Origin: the human T2T-CHM13v2.0 reference genome, Homo sapiens
NCBI RefSeq assembly: GCF_009914755.1
Contig: NC_060938.1
DNA: 64,000 bases
Strand: one strand, 5' to 3'
Of the stretch, positions 29,618-43,635 are shown piece after piece. Numbering within the stretch: the stretch's first letter is position 1; the number at the start of each line of letters is the position of its first letter. Position numbers and translations under genes: made by a program. The notes under the pieces are model-generated. The model did no database searches. It was not told the origin of the DNA and worked only from the letters and a program-made list of their open reading frames with translations.

Positions 29618-30609
29618 CGTTGCTGTATTTGAACAGAAAAAAGCAATAGTACATAAAACAAAAGGACAGCACTGGGATCGAAAGACGATCTGCTCCTTCG
29701 GAAGAAAACACAGGGTGCGGCGGTGACTCGCAGAGCTCCCAGCGCCCCAGCGCCCCCGCGAGGCCCGGGCAGCGTCCGCGCTCCCTACAGGGGGAAGCCC
29801 GCCGGTGTTTGGGAATCCCAGCGGGGTCCCCAGCTTGCCGATCTCCCAGCCCTGACCTTACTGAGATTTCTCACTAGGTCACTGTTTGTTAAGAAAACAG
29901 AGTAACAGAAACGAGGCAAAGTCCATAATTTTCTTCTTGCAAAATTCTCAAGTTTAGGGCAAAGGCAAAGGGGGGATGGAAGTGTGCCCCGACTCTGTAA
30001 GATATTCCCCTTCTCGGAGTTGTCTCCAGTGCAGGGCCTTTCCCTTGTCTGCCTGCCTTGAGATGCTTCCTTTATTGCTAACAGACTGCACTGAAATGTT
30101 ATCTCTCTCTCTCTCTCTCTCCCCTTCCTCTCTCTCTTGCTTCTGTTTCTTCCTGAGAGTAGGGGAGGCACATTTTCCTCTCCCCTCCGTCCCTCCCTCC
30201 TTCCCTTCCCTTCCTTTCTTCCTCCCTTTCTCTCTGTCTTCCTACCTTCCTTTCTTTTTGGTTGAGTGTATGTTACTTGATTTTTTTTTTTCTGATAATG
30301 ACCACACTTTTTAACCTGTTGCTTTCTTTTAGGAAGTTTGACCTTTTTTTTTTCCTCTCTCATCACTCGCACTCTGCCAAAATGTAAAGCAAATGTTCAG
30401 AATTAATTTCTAATATATGGGTAGAGTCCTCCTCCCAAGCCAGGTCAGTGAAACCCCTGAGATATTTTTTATATGGTCTTTGTTGTAATGGTACTACCAG
30501 TTTTCTACCTGATAGCCCTGTTTCTTTCTCTCTCCCTTTCATTTTCTCCTTCCTTCTCTCTCTCTTTTTCTTTCTGGGACAGCACAAGGACTTGTTCAAT
30601 TTCATCTTC

Positions 30610-31530
30610 ATCAATTGCTAGCTTTGTGACCTTGGATAAATCATTTAGCCATTCTATGCCTCCACTTCTTTATCTGCAAAACAGAGTTAATAATGTCCAA
30701 CCTATAGGGTCATTGGGCTGATAAAATATATTACATATCATAATGTACTCTCCACATAGAATACACTCAATGGGGACTGTTATAATAATAAGTTATGGTG
30801 CTGCTCTTCTGAATAAAACAATTTTTCTCATCCTCACCACCCACCTCTGCCCCCAACCCTTTAAGAAAAGTTTGGTTAATGGGTTCCAGGCTCTGGGATC
30901 TTAGGTTAGTCAGGTCTTCACAGTCCTTCGACTTAAATATTCATATCATTGTCCCCAAAAGAGAGACCAGTAGTTGCTTCCCACCCGAACATCTGTATCA
31001 ACCTTCTAGTCTCTCTGCCTCTACTCATGCCCTATTTAGTCCATTCTCTAAACAGCAGTCAGTATGGTCTTTTAAAAGCAAAAATTCAAGAGAAAACAAG
31101 CAAACAAAAACCCCAGGAATTCCAGATTATGTCATTCCCTTTCTGGAAATCCTTCAGTGGTTTTTCTCTTGTACTTAATGTGAAATCTAAACCGTGTTCT
31201 CCAAGACGAAGGCTTGCCCGTGTGGTCCCACTCCAGCCTGTCTCCCACCACCCTGCCTCTTGCTGTGTTTCCACTCTAGGACCACTCTCCCACCTTTCTA
31301 TTCTCTTGAAGGCAGGACGCTCCCCGCTCTGAGGCTCTGCACTCACTGTTCCTGGCCTGAAACTCTCTTCCCCGATGGACTCCCAGCTCATATGTCACTT
31401 CCTCAGAGATGCCATCCCACTACCTGATCTAAAGTAGCACCCACACCCCACCCCCAGTTACTTGCTATTTACTTTACCTTATTTCCATAGCACTGAAATT
31501 ATTTATTCATCTATTGATCAAATGAATGAA
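30610..31530 (+). mobile_element. MIR (about 30610-30790) and L2 (about 30980-31530) fragments
   Basis: tgtgaccttggataaatcattt; ccagattatgtcattcc..aaatccttcagtgg; gtcacttcctcagaga..tgatctaaagtagc. Confidence 0.6.
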
Positions 31531-31989
31531 CCCACAATTTAGGGTGAAAAAAATAACTTGTAAACAACCAGCTCAAGCCAAAAGACCACAGAAACAAATG
31601 CAATAATAGCTTTCAATGAAAGGAGAGTCACAGGATTAACTAATTTCTAAAATCAAAACAATGAAAAAGATTATTATTAATAAGAAATCTGATTCTGTGG
31701 CCTGTGGTCAGGACTTGGGTGAATATAATTCTGCACAAAAGAGAGAAAATCTGACTTCTCTCAGCCTGAAGAAGGTGGAAAAATTTTCTCCAAGCAGCTT
31801 CCGTGAAAGTGAGAGGAGGGAATGGGTTTGTTATTGTAGCTATGACAATCTCCTATGTATTCTACACTTACACTGACTGAGTTTGTTAAGGTAACCAGAT
31901 TTTGCTCACCTATTTTTTTCTCAGGCTCTCCCGAAAGGCCTGTTTTCTTGACTTAAAATAAATGTTTGGCTTCTGTGGAGAAAATTCCA

Positions 31990-32266
31990 GGCTGGGTACA
32001 GTGGCTAACGCCTGTAATCCCAGCATTTTAGGAGGCTGAGGTGGGCGGATCACTTGAGGCCAGGGGTTGGAGACCAGCCTGGCCAACATGGCAAAACCCC
32101 ATCTCTACTAAAGATACAAAAGTTAGCTGGGTATGGTGGTGCACACCTGTAATCCCAGCTACTCAGGAGGCTGAGGCAGGGGAATCTCTTGAAGCTGGGA
32201 GGCGGAGGTTGCGGTAAGCTGAGATGGAGCCACTGCACTGCAGCCCTGTCTCAAAAAAAAAAAAAA
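31990..32266 (+). mobile_element. AluS with a deletion of about 18 bp near the 3' end
   Basis: Dimer; cactgcactgcagcc joins ctgtctcaaaa; TSD aaaaattc. Confidence 0.9.
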
Positions 32267-32617
32267 TTCTAGAAACAACATATACTAAGCAATTGGGTCA
32301 GAATTTTTCACGTCTCAACTTACTCCTTCTGAATTGCCTGGCTTGTATTGTTTAGAGCCTTTGGCTTTGATGGCTTTGGGAGTTTGTTGAACTATTGCAG
32401 ATTTTGTATGCTTTTTCCTTGAGTAATTTGGTTTTGATCAAATCCCCAAATAAACTTTTTCCTAAGTTCTTTCCCCCTTAGTTTACAAGCTCATACGTAT
32501 TCCAGAAGAATGTAATCCACATGCTTAAATTCATGTACACTCAGCTCATCCCAGGGTCATTGGCAGGGAGATGGATATTCAAAGCATATGAAGAATAAGA
32601 AATGTTTCCTAAAACAT

Positions 32618-32645
32618 TGTGTGTGTGTGTGTGTGTGTGTGTGTG
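32618..32645 (+). repeat. (TG)n microsatellite
   Basis: Direct reading. Confidence 0.93.
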
Positions 32646-34872
32646 CCTGAAATAAAGACATATTGGCTCAGAACCCTAAGTAGGCAACTCCACCAGTTAG
32701 GTGTTACTCTGATGTGTGAAATAGGAAGGTTTTAAGCAGTAGATGATACAGGTACATATTATTCAAATTTAATTTTTAAAAAGATTATTTCTATTTTCCT
32801 GTTGTCATTTCTGGATTTTCCCTCTCTATTCAATTCCTGAGCAGATACTCCCAGACTAGATTAATTTTCCTATGTGAAAAGCCAGGTCAGAAAGATAAAA
32901 TAGCCATGTGATTTGGGGCAAGTTAACAGTTAACAACTCTGAGCCTAGGTTTCTTCATCTGTTAAATACAGATAAAGGTGTTCATTCTGAAAAGTTATTG
33001 CAAGAATTAGAGATGGTGTAGGTAAATCTCCTAGAATAACATATGATCTGTACTAGAATGTTAACAAATAGTAAATGGTCTGAAAACTCCAGGCTTAGTA
33101 ACATTTTATGAAGTTTTATGCTATTATCACCAAAGTCGGTTATCAGGTAGGTGTGTGTAGAGGAGTGTGCAAAAAGGAAACGGCTGCAGTGTGGCCAGGT
33201 GGTCAGGGTAGTGCCCTTGGTAGGGTGCTTTCAGAAGGGCTTCTTCAGGAGCAGCAGAGCTTTCTGACCTAAATGTTCAGGCAACAAGACACTACTGAGC
33301 TTAGCATCTATAGTAGATGGTCAATTGGCCATTTGGCTAAGGCCAACCAAATGTTGATAAGGGTAACAATGGGTTTGGGGCCACACTTTGGAAGACATTG
33401 TCATAAATAATGTTGGACTTGATGACTTTTGGACTTCACCTTCCCTTCCTTTTAAAATATTGGCTTTCTGCAGTGCAGTTCTGTGAACAGAGCAACCACT
33501 TCTAAACTGGGATGTGAAGAGTCTCTTTGTCCCAGCATGCATCTAAAATGTGCATGAAGTCACCATGAACATGAGGTGTCTCCAGGTTCTAGGATCTGCA
33601 GACCACAGGTTATGTTTTTTCTGTTAAGAGGGAGTATTTAGAGGGAATAATTAAAGGCAAGGGAAGCCATCCTAGGCAATCATGGGAAAGATGGTGTCAG
33701 ATGGCAGGGCAAACCACTGTGGTAACCTCTAGAAGTAATTATGGACATCTGGATTGATGAAAAGACCTAAAGGGTGGCAGGCATTCTGCATTTGGGACTA
33801 GGCTTTCCCAAAGGAAGATAAATGGAAAAAACATGTTTGCCTTAACTGCTGACTCATGGTACAAAGTTTTAATTCAGAGACTTTAATTGAAAATGCAGCA
33901 AGAATGTAACAGATTTACATTAAAAATATTTTAGTATATTGGCAAGACATTAATTACAAAACCAGATGGTCATGGTAGAAAAATCAACCAAGAGGCCTTT
34001 GTTTTTCTTTTGCTTTCTTAGCATGAAAAATTTTTACTTTGCAAATTTCAATCTCCTGTTAATTATAAACAACATCACCTTTGTATTAAGATTAATGTAA
34101 AGAGTGATTATCTGTTGTTTTAGAATATTAAAAAAAAAACAGAAATCATCCTGATCAAAACCTAGAATATGAAAGCATTCTTGTGATAAATGTTTCATGA
34201 CCAAGACACTAGTTCTTTCTCCCCAGAGGCTGGACTAATGAGACCATATTTCTTGGCTCTTATTGACCATGACCACTGTCTCAGTCAGGGGTCATTTGTT
34301 TACAACAGAAGGTTGGAACAGAACAGCCTGAAATCTGCTCAAAAAGGAGGGTTTATTGTAGGGATACAAGAGACTTTCAGAGAATCCATATTCAGGGGAT
34401 ATATTGGGCCAGAAAGCTCGCCTGATAATACATCCCTCCCTGTTTCTCTTAAGGCACAAAGTATCTTCTTTCTGTCTTCCTCTGCACACCTGCTCTAGGA
34501 TAAACACATTGCTTTCCCAGGCTGGCTTTTCCTGCTTTTCTGAAATTAGTGCTCTGAACAATAGGCCCACCATGGCTGTCTATTTGGGTTTAGATCTACC
34601 ACTGTTCTTTTCATTTACTATGTGTCCCATCTGTCTTTTATCCCTCTTTCTCTCCTTTCTTGTCTTCTGTCCTTTCTTAAATTAATTTAGTTTTTTAAAA
34701 GGTGTTCCATTTCCTACTCTCTATTTGCTTGTTGTTATATATTCTTTAGTTATTCTTTTGTGGTTACCACAGAGATTATAAATATGCATCCTTGATGTAT
34801 TAGAGTCTACTATAAATTAGTACCATTAATACTTCTAGGACAATGAAAGAAACTTCCAGCATTTAAGCCCAT

Positions 34873-35632
<760 letters not shown>

Positions 35633-36009
35633 ATCATTATCATTTTAAACAGTCAATATTCATTATGTTTTACCTGCATATTTACCTTTTCCATTTCTCT
35701 ATATTCTTCCTGGTATTACCATGTTTCCATTTAGGATCATTTTTCTTTTGCCTAAATAACTTGCTTTAGTATATCTTTTACATAGATATCCTATCAACAC
35801 ATTCTGTTTTTATTTTGAACTCTACTCTGTGGTCTCTCAATGAGTTTATCTTCTATCTGTGGTACTTTCTGTGCCCAAATTTATGCAAATAAATTGTTTT
35901 CCCACCTTCAAGGATAGATTACCATAATTATGATAAGTTTTTATAGTGTATGGTTTAAAAATGTATCTTTTACCAAAAAGAGAGGATTCAAAGTGCATTT
36001 TATAACTGA

Positions 36010-36290
36010 AGACCTATCACATGTTAGGTTTTGAAGGCCTACTCTGTGTCAGGCAATGTGCTAGTCACTGGAACTGTAAAATTAAATGAGGCATGTTCTT
36101 CATAAAATCAAATGGGCATATACTATTGGAGAAGACAGATGAGTAAATGGTTACATTAAATGTGATAAGAATTATGCATAGGATATTTTAGGAACCAAAG
36201 GAAGAACATCCAAATTAGAATTAAGAATCAGGGCATATCTCCCGGGAAGACACCTTGGACTGAATTTTAAAGGAGTAGGAGTTGTTGAAG
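36010..36290 (-). mobile_element. L2 fragment
   Basis: gcctactctgtgtcaggcaatgtgctag...ggactgaattttaaagga. Confidence 0.55.
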
Positions 36291-36309
36291 ACCCACGTGT
36301 CAGTTAAGA

Positions 36310-36562
36310 GTTTGGTGAGGGGTTGCTTCCTGGCTTGTAGATGGCCACCTTCTTACTATGTTGTCACATGGACTTCCCTCAGTGGACATGGAGGAGAGAG
36401 AGAGAGCAAACTTCTGGTGTCTCTTCTTATAAGGACACTAATCCTATAGGATCAAGGCCCCACCCTTACGACCATATTTAATCTTAATTACTTCTGTAGA
36501 AGCACCCTGGGGGTTAGGGCTTCGGCATATAAATTTTGGGGGGCATGGAAACATTCAGTCCT
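36310..36562 (-). mobile_element. MLT1A-like LTR fragment
   Basis: tctcttcttataaggacactaatcc...gggttagggcttc...acattcagtcc. Confidence 0.8.
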
Positions 36563-37119
36563 TTATAGATAGATGGGTTTTATGAAAAAGACAGAAAAGC
36601 TATTTTTGTGCTGAAGTAGAAGAGGCAGTAAGAAGGGCAATATTAAAGATACAGGAGAGAGAGACAACATGGGTTGTTGAAATGATGGCCACCAAAAGCC
36701 AATGCATAAAGTCCTTAAAATAGCCTATTAAAAAAAGATGCTAAAGCATAACATTGGATCCTGGAGGGAAGGAGAAAGGAATTGGTGCCAGTGACGACAT
36801 CTATAGATGTTTTGGGAGGAAATTGCCACCTAGTGTTAAGAAGCAAAGCCATCTGAGAATGTGGTGATGGTCAGGAGTAAGGAGCTTAGGGTAAAAGGTG
36901 GAAATATGATTGCTGAAGGGACAGCTGTACCAAGAGACAATGGATTGATAATGGCCCAGTTTCCGCCTTTGGATGATGATACTAGTTTAGGTAATTGCTT
37001 TACATATATTTGAGGTTGCTAATCTGCTCAGCCGTCACTACCATTTTGCAACAGCTCTCATCTGAAGACGGCAAATTGAAACTTGAGTTTAAAATCCTAC
37101 CTTTGAGTCCAGAAGTACA

Positions 37120-37500
37120 GGATAGGGAACAATACAGTAGCAGATTACATTAAAACTAAAAGTAATTTTAGTTGACAGGACTATAAAAGTTAGTGCTGCT
37201 AAATGACTTTTTGGCTGCATAAATACAATATCTATACCAAAGAAGGTGAAAGCCCCTTTCCAATCTGTGCCTGTCAGGACATAACTGGAGAATTCTGACC
37301 AGTACACGTTAAGAACACAGATAAACTATGTTATAGTTACACAGAACAACAGACAGGACTCATGCTTTGCTATGTGACACGTGAACATAGACTCCCAGGG
37401 ACATTTAAACTGGAAAAAAGAAGATTCAGCAATAAGAAGATCATTGTCCATTTAATCAGTCTATTCATCTTTTTTATTAAGTGCTATCACTTCAAAAGAT
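37120..37500 (+). mobile_element. L3/CR1 LINE fragment
   Basis: Degenerate CR1 3' ORF2 (ttggctgcataaata..., actggaaaaaagaagatt). Confidence 0.55.
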
Positions 37501-37974
37501 CTTTCACACCTGCAGGCTTATTGCATCCCTATGACTTCTCTCAGACATAGGGACATTATTGCCCAGACTTCACGGACAGGGAGACTAGGACACCTAGAGG
37601 ATAAATACAGGAGACAGTTTGGGCAACTGACATTCAACAACTTGCTCAGCCGTCTCACTTCTGACTTTCATGATAAATGTTTTCTTTTCTGTTCTCCTTT
37701 CGTAGCAATCCTCCCATCCTTCAGAGCTCAGCTTAAGGTCCCTATACAAAGGCTTCCTCTGCCTCATTGAGCCCTCACTGATTTTCATCTCCTTTGAAAT
37801 TTGACAATGTTCAAAACAATATAAATAAAAGGACATATTTTGCCATGGGAATGTAATACTTGCTGATATATTATTTTTTGTTGTTTGCTCTAGTTTTAGA
37901 TGTGTTTGTCACCTCTCCCTACATATAGTGAGAGTTGGGGTTATGTTTTATTCTTTTTTCTTATGTCCCATAGG

Positions 37975-38363
37975 GCTTAGCCCAGTACTAATTTGTTTCT
38001 TACAGTTATGAAGGCTGAGAAGTCCAAGGTTGAGGAGCCATGTCTGGTGAGGGCCTTCTGGCTGATGAGGACTCTCTGCAGAGTCCCAAGGCAGTGCAGG
38101 GCATCACATGGTGAGCGGGCTGAGTGTGCTAGCATGTACTCAGGTCTCTCTTCCTCTGCTTCTAGAGCCACCAGTTCCCCTCCCATGATAACTCATTAAA
38201 CTATTAACCCATTAGTCCATTCATCCATGAATGAATTAATCCATTCATGAGAGCAGAGCCCTCATGACCGTATCATCTCTTAAAGGCCCCATCTCTCAAT
38301 ATTGCCACGTTGGGGATTAAGTTTCAACATGAGTGTTGGAGGGGAGAAACACAAACCAACACT
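37975..38363 (-). mobile_element. MaLR LTR (MSTC/MSTD-like)
   Basis: ggctgagaagtccaagg...attaatccattcatgagagcagagccctcatgacc...ggggattaagtttcaacatgag. Confidence 0.82.
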
Positions 38364-38485
38364 ATATCTCCAAGGCTGTTCACTATGCACACTTGCTTGA
38401 AAAGGTGATCGGAAACAAAAGACAGTGCCTCCACTTGTGAGGTGCGTAGAGATGTGAGAGACCCATGGAGAATTGTCTTCCAACT
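38364..38485 (-). mobile_element. ERVL LTR fragment (LTR40-like)
   Basis: Reverse complement reads gttggaagacaattctccatgggtctctcac...gtgaacagccttgg. Confidence 0.55.
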
Positions 38486-38859
38486 GTAGATAATTCTCAT
38501 ATATTCCCATGTTAACATTTTAGTAGCTAATCAGAATTGCCAATCAAATCCTTGACATTCTTCTGATCAATAGAGTAGGTCATCAAAACTGGAATCCCGT
38601 GAGGTTTAAAGTAATTGTTTTGTTTGTAAAATACATCCTGCAAATATTTTTATTTTTCTGAATTGATCCTTAAAAAAAAAAGTTATTCTTGACTGGTCTG
38701 AAGCATCTATTGTCCATTTTAAGCTTTACATCTGGACAACTAGTTTCCGAGACTTCATGTATTTAAGTGTATTTAAGGGCAATGCTTTTTATTTTCTCTG
38801 CATTAGCCATCCACTGGCTATTTATTTAACAACAATCCCATTGCACTGAATACATTGTC

Positions 38860-39265
38860 CTTCATGATGTAGCCTCAGCCTTCTTCAAACTCATTCACCC
38901 ATGTATGCTCTGCCCCAGCCTAATTACTGGAAGCTCCCCAAACATGACCGGTTCTTCCATCCTCCATGCCTTATGTACACTGTTTCCTCTGTTGGAAAGC
39001 CTGACTCGTCAAGCAAACTCCTACTTGTCCTTCAAAACTAGACTTGTGCTTTACCTCCCCTCCTTCCCTATGTCCCCTAAGTGGAATTATTGACCTCTTC
39101 GTTCGTGACATTTGTTCATTTCTATAATAGTGTATATTATATTGCATTGTAATTATTTGTTTACATAATGATCTCCCCACAGTTAGCGTGTGGGCAGAAA
39201 CTATGTCTCTATATTCCCAGTGTGAAACATAGTAGATGTTCAACAAACCTTTTTCTTTGAATGAA
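38860..39265 (+). mobile_element. L2 fragment
   Basis: gcaaactcctacttgtccttcaaaact...catagtagatgttcaac...ttgaatgaa. Confidence 0.65.
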
Positions 39266-41214
39266 GGAGTACATTAGTCAGACTTCCTAGTTAGGAGTTA
39301 CTGAAACAGACTCAAATGGTCTCAGGAAAAAGTAAAGGATTTGCTAAGTAGCTACTGCAGACAGATCAAAAGGCTGGAAGGCTATGTTTGGAAAATGGGC
39401 AGGATGTAAGGAAACTAAGGAGGCCAATCAGCAGAAATAAACAGATTTTCACTATCATCTTATATTTGTGCATCATTCCCATGAGATCCTCAGGCTGGGG
39501 AGGGTGTTTTATTGACTGAGCCTGTGTCACTCATGGACAAACTGGGATAAGGTTGACCTACCCCCTTAAGCTTGCAAGGCTGAGGGATGGGGGAAGACGC
39601 TACTTCCCACCAAGCTTACACACAATGGGGGAAAAGCAATTATCTGAAAGGAAACTGGAATGTCATCAGTAGGGGAAAGAAATGTGTCTAACTCCAAAAA
39701 ATGACCAATATGTACTACTAATAACTGAAACTTTCCAAAAAAAAGAGACTATGATTTAAAAATCAATTTAACATTGAATGGTTTGATTATCAGCAAAATC
39801 ACCATGACATTTAGCACCTTTCTTTTCCTTGATGAACTAAGAACTCTTGCATAGATTTAATAATGTGTTATGTACCCCCTGGGTGTCTGATTTACTGACT
39901 TGAGCTGAATGATTGGACTCAATACAAATAAAAAGAGCTTGCAAACTTCGCCCATGGTTTCCCAGACATCAAGGAACTAAGCTCTTTTGCTCCCTGGAGA
40001 GGCTAAAAATTCTAAAATGAAGTGCCCTCTGCTCTGGTTTCTGCTTTTCAGCATTTCTCTTCTGTTTTCACATACTTTTGCTGCTTTAAAATTAAATCTA
40101 AGAAACTCATTCCATATTTTTCATCATCTGCTTTTGAAAGTGAATGTTATGGATTTATGGTTTGGGATTCTTTGATGTTAGAGCAGCAACTATGCTTGCT
40201 TCACTTGTTTTTGTTTCATTTTTTTTTTTACATTTATGAGGCTTTGATAATTTGATTTATTAAAATGCCACAGTCAATGTAGGGGAACTGACACCATTCG
40301 CATTGTTGGAAAGCGTCATGAAACATCAGGCGCTAGTTCCCCATGGAGCGCTTACCTCTATTATTATATCTCCCCCTCCCCTTTGGTCTTCAGGAAAGTT
40401 TGGCATTAAACTTAAGCTGCACGCAAAGAATATTCATTCCTAGAACATTTCAGTATTTTTGGATTGGATTCCATCCCCCAATTTTGATTTTGTATCTGCC
40501 AAGATGTACAGAGTGGTACATCTAAAGCTAGTTATGATACACAAGCTAGCTTTCCTTATCAAGGAACAGAAATATTCCTTCCTCTTACCCTGTAATCATT
40601 GCATATCTGGTATATTAAAAATTGAATTTCATATCGTATCCCTTTAAATGTATTAACAAGTGCAGGTTGGAACTTTACATTATGAATCCCTAAGGATGAG
40701 TAATGACTAAAGGACAAGACTGACCCTTTCTGCAAGTGGAGGGTGTTTTTTTCTTTTCCATTTCTATAGGAAGAGACAGATGAAGAGAGAGGGAGAGAAA
40801 ACAGGACAAGTTTACCCAGAATGAAAACCTGGATAAGAAGATTACCATAAGAGCTTAAAACCATAGAAAAAAATGTCAGGGTTGGAAAAGTCCCTAGACT
40901 CTTCATTCATTATAATTCCCTCTACCAGTCCACTGGGTTTCAGGAAAACAGGAACACTCATATGCTACTGTTTAAGTGAGTGAGTGAGTGTGTGTGTGTG
41001 TGTGTGTGTTTGTGTGTTACAGGATATTATAAGAATAGAATAGGGAATCTTCCAGGTATCTGAGGAATAGAAAAAAGCCAGGTCACATGGGAACCAGGAC
41101 TGGAAAGTCAGAAACCAACAGGATTCTATCTCTTTCCATTTGTCAGGGACTACACAGTCTCTTTCTTCTCCTCAAAATTGACCATTCAGCTCACAGTGGA
41201 ATATAGCCTTATTA

Positions 41215-41548
41215 CAGTAGTCAATCCTTATCCAAGGCTTAATTTTTTTGTGGTTTTAGTTACCCACGATTAACCATGGTCTGAAAATATTACATACAAT
41301 AAGATATTTTGAGAGAGAGAGAGAGAGACTATATTTATACAACTTTCATTACAATATATTGTTAAGTGTTCTATTTTATTATTATTATTGTTAATCTCTT
41401 ACTGTGACTAATTTATAAATTAAACTTCATCATAGGTATGTATGTACAGGAGAAAACATAGTAAATGTAGGATTCAATACTACCGGAGGTTTCGGGCATC
41501 CATTGAATGTCATGAAACATATTTCCCACTTATAAGAGGGGACTAGTG
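41215..41548 (+). mobile_element. MER44A (TcMar-Tigger MITE)
   Basis: TIRs cagtagtcaatccttat / ataagaggggactagtg with TA TSDs; internal sequence matches recalled MER44A. Confidence 0.88.
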
Positions 41549-41769
41549 TATATTTTTTCATTCAACAAGAAAATAGGCAATTAGAAAAGTCAGAAAATAC
41601 AAAAAATCATGGTTTAAACATGAAGCAAACTAATCTATGGGATTATTTTGAACTGATGAAGTGTCAAGAGAGAGAATCCGTTTAACTGTGGTACTCGGAA
41701 TATTCTTAGCGTGATGCAAGTTTGATAACAAGAATTACAACACCTTCCTAATGGATTCATTCACGTGAC

Positions 41770-42000
41770 CTAATAATAATAACAATAATGAACACTTATT
41801 GACATTTTACTATGTGTCAGGTACTGTGCTAATGCTTTATAGATTATTTAATCTTCAAACAATTATTTGAGGGTAGGTATTATTATCTCATTTTTTTCAG
41901 ATGAAAAATTGAGGCATAGAGAGATTGAGTAACTCTACCAAGTCACACGGCTCTTCAGTGGCAGAGCTATTCTAAGCCGCATGATTTACTTCTATGATAT
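41770..42000 (-). mobile_element. MIR
   Basis: cagatgaaaaattgaggcatagagagattgagtaact core. Confidence 0.75.
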
Positions 42001-43296
42001 ATTGCTTCTGGCTAAGCTATGTTATCCAATCAGCAATAAATTATTTACACAATCATTATTATAAACGCTTTTTTGATTTTTTAAAGAATTATTCTATAAA
42101 TAAAGCATGTGACTTGATTATAATAACAAGAGAATATAAACATTATCAACCTTGATCACATAAAAATAGTAATATAAAGTTAGGGGAAAGAGAGGGGAAC
42201 AAAAGGAAAAGAACACTGACTTCCTCATATTTCTCAGTAAAAGATATTATTTAACATTACTACATCAAAAAGCTGTGTTTTTAAAGTTATAAACATAGCC
42301 AATAGAACTAAAAATAAAAACAGGTTAACAAAAGTTGGAAGGGTGGTTAATATATGTGAGTCAAATTCGTAATTTTTTAAAGCACTATTCAAGAAATCCT
42401 TGAAGTTGATAAGCAAAGAAACAGTATAAACATGTTATTTGAATTATGTAGATGACTACCAGGAAAAAAAAACTATAAGCAAGTGAAAACCAGTTACCTA
42501 CAAAAAGTGAGCCTGGGGTGCTGATTATGGAGTGAGATTTTTACTCTTTATTTTATTTCTTTCCATTTAAGTGATTATTTCCATGTGCACACATTACTTT
42601 TTATAATAAGAACCATGCCCATATTATTCACTTCGGTAAATCTACATCTAGGTTTCCATCCCAGAGAAATGCACATCATATACATGTAAGTGGCACCAAG
42701 TGGGATGAGGGGCTTCTTCCAAAGGCTGGAACCACAGCCCCCCAGGGGGCTCTGGGTAAACATTCCTAGCCCCAGTGGTCTTGGGTTCTTTTGTACCTAT
42801 CTGAATGCTATTACACGCCCACCCATCCCAAGGTTCAGCCCAGAGATGGGAGAAAACAAGGACACTTCTGAACTTTTCACTCACTCTTCTCTTTTACATA
42901 GTCCCAGGTGGGAGTTCCACTTCCTCTTCCGGTCTGTGTCTTACCATTCTAATCCCAGGGCACAAAAAGCCTCAAGGTTTCGCCTTAAGGGTGGATGGGG
43001 TACATGAAGGAAAAGTAGCTTACAGAAATGGGTACACAATTTTGGGAGGTATTTGAAAGGTATTGTCTCCTGTACATATATAGATGCATGGAAAATGGTC
43101 TGCAAGGATACAGGCCACTTCAAAAGCAGTTGGCACCTCTAGGGAGAGCAGTGGGGGAGGGGAGGATGCATTCATGTAGGACACAGGTAATTGTGGGTTT
43201 TTTTGGTGCTATGGACATTTATTTAGTGCTTTTGTATGTTTTACCCATTTTAATCATCACAATAGCCAAGTGAGGTTAGTTTTTATCTCCACTTAC

Positions 43297-43635
43297 AAAA
43301 AAATTAATAGACTATTCTTTGAAAAGTTTTAGGTTTACAGAAAAATCGTATGGGAAGTATAGAGAGTTCCTATATACTTATCCTCACGCCCTCCTCCCCA
43401 ATTTCGCCTATTATTAATATCTTGCATTAGTGTCATACATTTGTTATATTGATGAGCCAATATGAATACATTATCATGAACCAAAGTTCATGGCTTACAC
43501 CAGGTTTCACTCTTGGTGTACATCCTATGGGTTTTGACAAATGCACAATGTCATGCGTCCACCATGACAGTATCATACAGAATAGTTTCACCACCCTAAG
43601 ACTCCCTGCGCTCCACCTGTTCATCTCTCCCCCTA
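43297..43635 (-). mobile_element. L1MC-type 3' end
   Basis: agttttaggtttacagaaaaat...gggttttgacaaatgc...tcatacagaatagtttcacc. Confidence 0.85.

Larger units (their letters stand above)
28980..29850. promoter_or_regulatory. CpG-island-like GC-rich element (candidate promoter/insulator) split by an Alu
   Basis: Dense CpG against a CpG-depleted background; GC box ccccgccc (about 29083); (GGCTCC)n; CTCF-like cagcgcccccgcgagg (about 29748-29763). Confidence 0.7.

Noticed and set aside
28948-29649. 233-aa ORF and overlapping GS- or EP-repeat ORFs at the CpG island
   Set aside because: They run through (GGCTCC)n, (GT)n and an Alu; GC-rich stop avoidance explains them
29785-30372. 195-aa K/R/E-rich ORF
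   Set aside because: Derived from a CT-rich low-complexity tract
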